From: Asterias rubens
Taxonomy: Eukaryota
Assembly: GCF_902459465.1 (NCBI RefSeq)
Contig: NC_047080.1
Coordinates: 2,046,001 to 2,110,000, forward strand
Length of the DNA stretch: 64,000 bases
Reading direction: 5' to 3'
The position numbers were made by a program, and so were the translations under genes. Position 1 is the first letter of the stretch. The number at the start of each line of letters is the position of its first letter. The notes beneath the pieces were generated by a model. The model did not search any database. It saw nothing but the letters and a program-made list of their open reading frames with translations, and was not told the DNA's origin. This document shows, piece after piece, positions 55,701 through 64,000 of the stretch.

Positions 55701-58700
55701 AAGAAAGCACACAAATTTTGCAACAACGGTGTTTCCCATTATTTTCTCGAAACTTCGCTGACCAACTTGGCACAAGTTTTTCACAGATTTTTTTATTTTA
55801 TGCATAATAATGTTTGGATACGCCAAGTGAGAATACTGGTCTTTGACAATTGTCAAAGGTGCCCAGAGGTCGATTTCACAAAGATTTAAGACTAGTCTTA
55901 TCTCGACTTAGGACGAGTTACTCATCTTAACTTAGGACTAGCCACGTTTTTAGTATCTCCTAGGACTAGTCCTAAGTTAGGACTAGTCTTAACTCTTTGT
56001 GAAATCGACCCCAGTGCCCTTAAAAAACATTTCTCCTAAAAAATGTTACAAGAAGAGGAATAATGTAAATTTTCATGGGTATTTCGTTACAGACAACGGC
56101 ATCAAGCAAGTATTTAGGGAGGCGATTGAAATCTACAGAGAGCATACGGGTCTATCATTTGAGGAGGCGTTTGATGACTACAGTGGCGCTATACATCCTC
56201 TGGTTGTATATGGACTCAACGACGGGTAAGAAACATTTCTTTCCCTCATTGATGCGACTTGTGCCATAGAGATTCTTTCTAACACACCATAGGTCATAGC
56301 TGTGTTATTCCTTTAAATTTGCTGTATAGTTTGTTTTATATACCTCATACATAGAATCCTGTTATCTGATTGGTTAAAAAATGAGTCATGGAAATAGCTG
56401 TGCCCCCACCCCCTTTTTCCATTGAGATGACGTCATAGTTGACTATGCCCTGGGCACGATCTAGCCTTGGCGTAGTGTGCCCTGCGGCTGCCCGGTGCGG
56501 CACGATTCGGCAACAACTATTTAAACATTTGCTAATTGCTCGTGGTTCGATGTATATTGATGGATTAATTTTTTTGTATTTTTAATATTTCCATTTTATG
56601 GGTTTAGGCCCTATATATTATATCTAGGTCGGTTGTTTCTAAGGTTTTGTCGGTTATTATTCGGTTTAATAGTATTTTGCCTCTATGATTTTAATTGGTC
56701 TTGTTTCTGTTTAGCCTTTTAGTTTTTATTGTTAGGCGCATAGAGGAATCTTTTATTCATAATGCGCCTTATAAATGCTGTTTATTATTATTATTATTAA
56801 ACTATTGAAATAGTGAATGAGAAAAAGTAAAGCTTATTTTTCAGCTAGCAGAAAAGGAGATGAGTAGAAAAATGTATTTGCCTTGCACGTTTAATATACT
56901 TTTCTGACAGCAGAAAAGCAGAAAAGTAGGATTATACACTTTACACAAGACGTTCAATCTGCTGTTCTGCTATTTTGAGAGCAGAAAAGCAGATGTTCAC
57001 TTTTCGACCTTCATCCTTGCTCAATACTGGTGTTGCGGCACACCATTTTGGCAAACAGTAAGGCAGAAAACCTCTATTGGGCCAATACTGGTTTTGTAGC
57101 TGCACACAATTTTTGTCAAAATGGTAACTTAGAAAACTTTGTACATATTGCTTTGAGGCTCTTTGTGCGGCACTACGGCGTTTGTTGTATAATGGTAGAT
57201 TCACACGACAGAAATTTAACTGTGGTATACCTTGCATGGTTGTTAAATGAAGCACTGTTTGAAAGGATTGCAAGAAAACTTGGACAGCAAGACACAATAA
57301 CATTGTTGTCCTTTCACACGAGGTACATTTTGTAAAATGTAACAACCATGCTACAATTTAGCAAGGGACCCTTGCTAAATTGCTCTCGTGTGAAAGGGCT
57401 GTTAAGTGTCTGTTATACACTTTCTCTGCCTTACATTTTTATTGCTTTTCTATAACATGGTTTTCGTATAGATGCTCCTCTTCTGTGGGTTACCGCGAAC
57501 GCTCTGGCGGACGGATGCATCTTGAAACAGAAAAATGTGGAGCGGTAGGCATGCTTTTTTTAAAAACATTATTAATAGTGTATGGACATTATTGGTAATT
57601 TTCAAAGACCAGTCTTCCCACTTGCATAAAACAAGTACAAACAAATACATATTCATTTATAGAAAAAGAGAGGGGGAAAGTGATTAAGGAAAGGATCCAG
57701 AAAGAAGCGGGAAAATAACAGCCAATCACAGTTTCTATTTCAGACACAATATTGGTGGCTGTGAACCAATAGGAGTGAAGTGGCGAGGACAAAGGATGTT
57801 TGGTATGAAAGGATGGGTTACTGGACCATTAAAGGGGTAAATGTATTGTTCGACAACAATGCAGGGAGACATGAAAGGGTAGGATTAGAGCAGCATTATT
57901 CCTTTAATAGATATAATTCATTAAAGGCAGTGGATACTATTGGCAATACCTCAAAATAATTATTAGCATAAAACCTTACTTGTCAACGAGTAATGGAGAG
58001 GTTGATAGTATACAAATATTGACTGCTTCGAGTGCTATGGTTAAACCTATGACTCCCGAGGTGATCCCCGGAGCGTTCTATTTTCCCGAGGCGAAGCCGA
58101 GGGAAAGTAGAACGCTACGGGGATCACCAAGGGAGTCATAGTTTTTAACCATTGCACGAGTAAAAGCAGTCAATATTTGTTTTATAACACCCCAAACATT
58201 TATAAATACTGTACTATTATTATTAAGTTACAGACCTGAATGCTACAATCCACGGACGACGCGAATACAGATTGCAAACACTTTTACTGTGCTGCATGTA
58301 GTGTCGTGCAATCCGAAATGGTTACAGACTATTAATTTATCATCCTCGTACACGCAACGGACGTCTGGGTACTGCACGCCGTGTGCTAGTCTTCGGACTA
58401 GCGCATGGCAAACCGACGCACTATCACACGGCCGTCGTCTAGCAAAACTAAGACATGTCATGTGACGCGCTCTTAACCAATGAGCAGGCAGAATACTTGC
58501 AAGGGGTGTTATAATACAAAACATTGTGAGAAACGGCTCCCTCTGAAGTAATGTAGTTTACGAGAAAGAAGTAACTTTCCACGAATTTGATTTCGAGACC
58601 TCAGATGTAGAATTTGAGGTCCCGAATCAAGCTTCTGAAAGCACACAACTTCGGGTGAAACGGGTGTTTCTTCTATCATTATTATCTCGCAACATCGACG

Positions 58701-61700
58701 ACCAATTGAGCTCAAACTTTCACAGGTTTGTTATGTTATGTATATGTTAAAATACACCAAGTGAAAAGACTGGTCTTTGCCAATTACCAATAGTGTCCAG
58801 TGTCTTTAATGCTGCTGTTACGGACATTACATTTTTTGGACATGACATTTGACTACCCTTTACATTTGTACAAAAGTCTATGACATTTGGGTTCCCCTCA
58901 ATGTATTTTTAGTACCAGATAATTAATTAGATATTGTGTAAAAGATGCAGAGGAACATTTGACAGAATTTATCACAAATTTGGTATCTAGAGCACAAAAC
59001 ATGGCGTTACGGACATTACATTTTGATCGTTTCGGATTAACACTTTTGACCACACTGTTTTCTTTTAAGTTCATACTGTCTTCACTTTCTCGCCAAATAT
59101 ATCCTGTCTTCACTGAGCAACTGTTAATTATTATTTAAATGAATCGGTAACACTATTTCCAACACTACCCTCTTCAGCTTGGTACTATACTCCATGAGCT
59201 CGGCCACGCCCTCGGGCGTTTCCACGAGCAGACCAGAAGCGACCGTGATGACTACATCACCGTAATTGAATCCAACATCCTACCGGGATTTGAGCACAAC
59301 TTCAGGAAGGCCGATCGACCAATACTTGCCCTGTACGATCTCCAGTCCATCATGCACTACAGTCGTGATGTATGTGTTTTACACACGTTTTATTATTGCC
59401 TGTTTGAATCATATTTGAGTTATTTTTTTTTTACACCGATATAGTTCAATGGGTCTCGATGGGTTTCCCAAGAAGTTGAGAGTACGAGTTAAGACGTACG
59501 GGTTACTCGTCCTAACTTAGGACTAGCCTTAAATTTTGACTAGCCCTAGCTCTTTGTGAAAGGACCCCAAGCCTCTTACAGGATGCGGGTAAATTTATCC
59601 ATATTACCTTTAAAAAAAAAACCCCAAAAACACATTTTTATTAAGCGGGGACTATGGGGTATTGTTTGTGGTAGCACGATTGTGTAAAATCTCTTTCTTA
59701 AAGAGTGTTGGTTCTGAAAAGATAGTGGTTGACAATTCTCTTCTCATGTATTTTCGCGAGTAGTTTGAAAGATTTACAATAATTGAAACACAATCGTCGA
59801 CTTTATTATTATAATAATAGTAATACTACAGAGCATTTATAAAGCGCTATTAAAGAGAGGGCTTTACGGGATGACGGGGACAACAGAATAAACGAACGAT
59901 CTTTATTGGACTGGTTGTGGGAAAGAAAATGTCTTCATCGAAATCGCAGGAAGCTGTGCTCATTGGTCAGAATTATCTGCAAATTTCTAAATATTTCTGT
60001 TTTTTTTCGAATTGAAAGGCATTCAGTTTCGACCGCAGGTCATCAACGATCATGCCACACAATGCGAAGGATTCAGAGAAGATGGGCACACAACGGAGAC
60101 TGTCTCGTCTTGACGTATTCACTGTTAACGCTGCCTACGGTGTGGATGGTATGTTAAGTATTAATGTGCGATGGCCGTATAGTATAAAGGGAGACTTTGG
60201 AACGCTAGGTGGCAGCAGACTTAACACCAGTTTTAAGGCCACATGCTCAATATGGTGGCAGCACAGTATATACACATACATATTGTAGAAAAACAGGTTT
60301 TCCCCTTTAATCTGTACAGCTGTTATTTCGATGTTGAAATTATGATACAAAAATAGTGTTTAATTTCTCATATTATGAGCATTGTATGGAATCTTGCCTC
60401 TTAGTCTTAGAAAGGCATGTGAATGTACGGGGTAGCAGACTTACCAGGTAAAATCATTTGTCATCGGTATTTTGTGCGCAAGCTTAGAACTACGTTGAGC
60501 TTTAAAGTTCAACTGTTTGATTAAACAGCCATGATGGAATGGGAGACTTTTGGGACGCTTGGTGGCAGCAGACTTACCAGGTAAAATCCATTGTTTTTTG
60601 GTAATGTGCGCATGCTCAGAACTACGTAAACAATGGAAATTTACCTGATTAGTCTGCTGCCACCTAGCGTTCTCCCACTGAGAACTTTCTTCGAATTGTT
60701 TTGCAATGGGGAGTCTAAAATGTTCTCAGATCAACAATTCGTTTGTAACACTTCACCCATATCCCACATTACACAAAGAACCCCCTGTATCCCCTCCCCT
60801 CATCATAATTCACAAAGCTATGTATCTCCCATTTGTTGATACAGCATTGTGTCCCGCCGACCTTTGGGATAAGTGTCAGCGTGGTGGAGTTCCTAACAAG
60901 CATTGCTCTTGCGACTGCCTGCCGGAATTTGAAGGCCCGTATTGCGAAATCGTCGTCATTCAAACAGGTACAAAGAAGCAACTACTGTTCTTGTTAAGTG
61001 TATTTTGTGTAGTTTTGTATCTTTGTATTGTTGAATCACCAAAAGCTCTCGAACTTGACACCAGGGGCGGATCCAGGATTTCCCAAACGGTTGGGGGGGG
61101 GGGCGTGATTTATACGTGGCGACTGGTAAAAGGGTGTGACTTTGTAAGTAGATGACTTTGTAAGGGGTTAGCTTTGTAAGGGGTGACTTTGTAAGGGGTT
61201 AGCTTTGTAAGGGGTGACTTTGTAAGGGGTGACTTTATAAGGGGTGACTTTATAAGGGGGTGACTTTGTAAGGGGGTGACTTTGTAAGGGGTGACTTTAT
61301 AAGGGGTGACTTTGTAAGGGGTGGCTTTTGAAATGGGTGACTTTGTAAGGGGGGGAGGGGTGACTTTTTCAGGGGTTTACTCTATGAGGGGGTAACTTAT
61401 AAGGGGTGACTTTCGTAGCGATTAAGGGTTGACTTTGTAAGGGGGTAATGTTGTCAGGGGTGACTTTGTAGGGAGGTGACTTTGTAAGGGGTGACTTATA
61501 AGGGGGTGACTTACCATGTCGCCCCCTGGCAAAGTCGCCCCATAGCAAAGTCGCATCCTACCAAATAAAAAAAAAAACCTTTCCAGAACCCCGCGATTTC
61601 TGCATTGGCCGATATCTATTGGCTTGCGTGCCTGAACATCTGGGCCCAATTTGATAGAGCTGCTGAGCACAAAAATTTAGCTTGATATTTCTTCCCAGGA

Positions 61701-63771
61701 AAAAAAAATCCAGGATTACCAACAAAATTTCGATTTCTTGCATATCGCTTATTACTGGTGTTCAGCTATTGTTTGCTTGACCTGAAAATCATGTGATAAT
61801 ATGTTTGGTAATCCTGTTTTTATCAAGGCAACAACTACATGCTAAGCAAATTTTGGTGCTTAGCAGCTCTATGAAATTGGGCCCTGATGTCTCACTTCGA
61901 GGCTCCTACAGATTTACCTTTTTCTAACTTGAAACGGACGGAGATTCGAAGTCCACTCTGACAAACTACGTATCATCAGAGTTGACCAATCATAACAAAG
62001 ATGTGGAAAGCTTCGTCCAATGATATCATTGTGCATGTAAGACCAGTGCCTGTCTTTACAGGGGACCATTCTAATGGCGATAATGCGTATACATGGTGCG
62101 TGAATTATCTCTAATTTTCGTTGACCCCCCCCCCCCCCCCCCTTAGAATGTAGCGGCCACTACCAGCTGGAAGAATCGGGGCTTATTTCATCCCCAGGTT
62201 ACCCTAATACCTACTCCAGCAACGCCAAATGCAGCTATGTCATCGAGGTAAGATTTAAAATAATCTGCCAAACAAAATGGTCACTGTCCCTGTATCCAAT
62301 GAGTGCTAATTTTCATTGTTCGAAATAATAATAATAATAATTTTGAAGCCTTGTATAGCGCACGTATTTCACGAATATTATATTCCCAACCCCTCTTTTG
62401 TGCTTTCGGGTATTACTATGTTTCACAGTGTGCGAAGGACGAGGTCGTCCAACTGGACTTTTTAGAATTCTCCTTAGAGGGCTGGGGCTGCTTCTTTGAC
62501 AAGATGAATATGATGACGGGCGATTTGGTTACAGAGGAGTACCCAGATGAGTAAGTATAGACTCCGTCATATGACGTCACAATACCCAAACAGCGCCCTC
62601 ACTCTAGACTTGACTCAAGTCGCGTTCTCCGTCAACATGTGGTCTAAACAGGTTAGGGGAATGCAGAGCATCACAAAACAATAGTTGTCTGTCGATAGCA
62701 CGGGATTGGGACTTGAGTCAAGTCTAGCCTCACTGAGGTCATGGAAGACGTACCTATCATTGGCTGAAAGTTATTATGGCACCAGCGTTGGCGACCAAAG
62801 CAAGGGGAAGTTTCACGCGTGTTCGAACTTCCAGAACTACTTTTGATCTCAATTTTGTTGATAGAGATCAACGGTCTTAAAATAAACCATTGCGAGATTC
62901 TGTTTCTTCAAATATTTTCAATTTACTGTGGTGGTTTGCGGTTATGAATTATTGTTTCATAATGTACGGAAATAGACCATTTTAGAAATATTATGAAAGT
63001 AAAAACAAAAACAAATTAAAGGCAGTGGACACTATTGGTAATTGACAAAGACCAGTCTTCTCACTTGGTGTATCTCATTATATGCATAAAATAACAAACC
63101 CGGCTGAAAATTTGAGCTCAATCGGTCATCGAACTTGCGAGATAATAATGAAAGAAAAAATCATCATTGTCACACGAAGTTTTGTGCGTTTAGATGGTTG
63201 ATTTCGAGACCTCAAGTTCTAAACCTGAGGTCTCGAAATCAAATTCTTGGAAAATTAATTCTTTCTCGAAAACTATGGCACTTCAGAAGGAGCCGTTTCT
63301 CACAATGTTTTATACCATCAACCTCTCCCCATTACTCGTCACCAAGAAAGTTTTTTATGCTTATAAATATTTCGAGTGATTACCAATAGTGTCCATCACT
63401 GCCTTTAACAAAGGGGGAACAACGAGAATATGGCCGTGTTCGAATGGGTGACTACTTATATATGGCTACAAGGATAGGTGACACAACTCCTGCGTGTGTT
63501 TCCATCCGCACGTAAAACCCCTGAGAGCACATAACGACTAACAGACGCCAAAAGCCTACCCCCGTGTCGTGGTTTCGAAAAGGCCTGTACGTTATAACCC
63601 CAAATTTTCCCTCTATTATATTTCAGATATTGCGACGATAACCTGAAAGGAGAATCGGTGTTTTCCAAGAGCAATGTTGCATTGATGACGTTCGAGAGTG
63701 ACGACATGTTTAACTACGAAGGATATCAGATATTTTACCACTGTATTCATTCGGACTTGGTATCAAAATAA
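52739..63771 (+). CDS. Secreted astacin (M12A) metalloprotease, signal-pro-astacin-EGF-CUB, BP10/SpAN-like; 10 exons, 445 aa
   Basis: Exons 52739-52804 (signal MKTLLITLLLVGFTLAF), 54583-54835 (EGDM pro-motif, RVRR furin site), 56093-56225, 57472-57544, 59178-59369 (HELGHALGRFHEQTRSDRDDY, SIMHY Met-turn), 60019-60148, 60845-60967 (6-Cys EGF), 62147-62247, 62429-62550, 63627-63771 (CUB). Sum 1338 nt, in frame. Confidence 0.9.
52937..53315 (+). mobile_element. Family A MITE (astacin intron 1)
   Basis: TTAA-AGCCAGTGGACACTATTGG start; right TIR partly eroded. Confidence 0.85.
53397..53528 (+). mobile_element. Merlin-like MITE
   Basis: Perfect 8-bp TSD ACGAGACT at 53389-96 and 53529-36. Confidence 0.85.
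53856..54196 (+). mobile_element. Family B TTAA MITE, full length
   Basis: TTAA-GGGAAGGTACAGGTTTAG...ATTACCAAACGCGTACCTTCATC-TTAA. Confidence 0.8.
54892..55272 (+). mobile_element. Family A MITE, full length
   Basis: TTAA-AGGCAGTGGACAC...GTGTCCACTGCCT-TTAA. Confidence 0.9.
55867..56011. mobile_element. Second CWG-TSD MITE family (TIR GGTCGATTTCACAAAGA)
   Basis: CAG on both sides; internal AGGACTAGTCCT palindromes. Degraded relatives at ~40695-40825 and ~59460-59569. Confidence 0.75.
57921..58809 (+). mobile_element. Family A MITE interrupted by a ~500-bp nested element
   Basis: Consensus gatagtataaaacattgtg is split at ~58011/58520. The two flanks join into one complete family A copy with TTAA ends. 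Confidence 0.88.
58011..58520 (+). mobile_element. Nested element with 170-bp terminal foldback and 12-bp internal IR (possibly Crypton-like)
   Basis: Hairpin 58012-58180 centred on CCCGAGGCGAAGCCGAGGG; TTATAACACCCC (58182-93) / GGGGTGTTATAA (58503-14); ATACAAA direct repeat at both junctions. The insertion is clear; the classification is inference. Confidence 0.7.
60541..60676. mobile_element. Palindromic MITE with CTCF-like motif in both arms
   Basis: GGGAGAC...CGCTTGGTGGCAGCAGACT...AGTCTGCTGCCACCTAGCG...TCTCCC; partial copies at ~60189-60230 and ~60430-60500. Confidence 0.7.
61135..61510 (+). repeat. G-rich ~15-bp minisatellite (GGGGTGACTTTGTAA), >20 copies
   Basis: Directly visible array with variant units (GGGGTTAGCTTTGTAA, GGGGTGACTTTATAA). 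Confidence 0.95.
61643..61883. mobile_element. Family F MITE
   Basis: CTG|GGCCCAATTTGATAGAGCTGCT...AGCAGCTCTATGAAATTGGGCC|CTG. Confidence 0.8.
63016..63408 (-). mobile_element. Family A MITE, full length
   Basis: Both TIRs present, TTAA on both sides. Confidence 0.9.
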
Positions 63772-63917
63772 TTTCAGTACCTGCTGTGGCATTGGATTTC
63801 ATCCCCCGGGCCCATGATTGTGTCCCCCGGTAAAGGAACCACGCCCAAAAAGGTAATCTGAAAATCGGTCGTCAAACTTAATAGAATTATTATTAATTAC
63901 TATCTATATAATATTAG

Positions 63918-64000
63918 ACATTGCGGAACAAGTCTTAATGGAAAACAGGTGGTGTCCAAGACCAACTATGCTTTGATAAAGTTCAAGAGTGACGACATGT
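63918..64000 (+). CDS. Duplicated copy of the last CUB exon (putative alternative terminal exon; runs off the window)
   Basis: AG at 63916-17 gives the same phase (2) as the acceptor at 63626. It reads HCGTSLNGKQVVSKTNYALIKFKSDDM, 14/27 identical to YCDDNLKGESVFSKSNVALMTFESDDM. Confidence 0.72.

Noticed and set aside
56941-57345. 134-aa and 101-aa overlapping ORFs in an astacin intron
   Set aside because: No domain signal or splice support; AT-rich, with degraded repeat-like sequence.

Overview
AT-rich, intron-rich animal genomic DNA. It is an invertebrate deuterostome, most likely an echinoderm (inferred from the BP10/SpAN-like astacin and vertebrate-like intron positions). Six multi-exon protein genes were reconstructed by hand with GT-AG junctions and consistent phases: NTMT1 (+), STXBP1/Munc18 (+, 18 exons), URM1 (-, absent from the ORF track), PFDN6 (+, head-to-head with URM1, 88 bp between ATGs), an STKLD1-like kinase-ARM gene (+, 22 exons, all catalytic motifs intact) and a secreted astacin-EGF-CUB metalloprotease (+). 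Introns and intergenic DNA are crowded with non-autonomous DNA transposons of at least six TSD classes (TTAA, AT, CWG, TWA, 8 bp, 6/7 bp), SINE fragments, a tRNA-mimic element and minisatellites. No transposase, true tRNA, rRNA or CRISPR was found. Highlights: a tandemly duplicated CUB exon, paired loss of a conserved astacin disulfide, a 71-codon in-frame extension past the STXBP1 stop, human 9q34/MHC-paralogon synteny, and a nested foldback element capped by a GCGAAGC mini-hairpin. All calls are by eye; no searches or computations were run.
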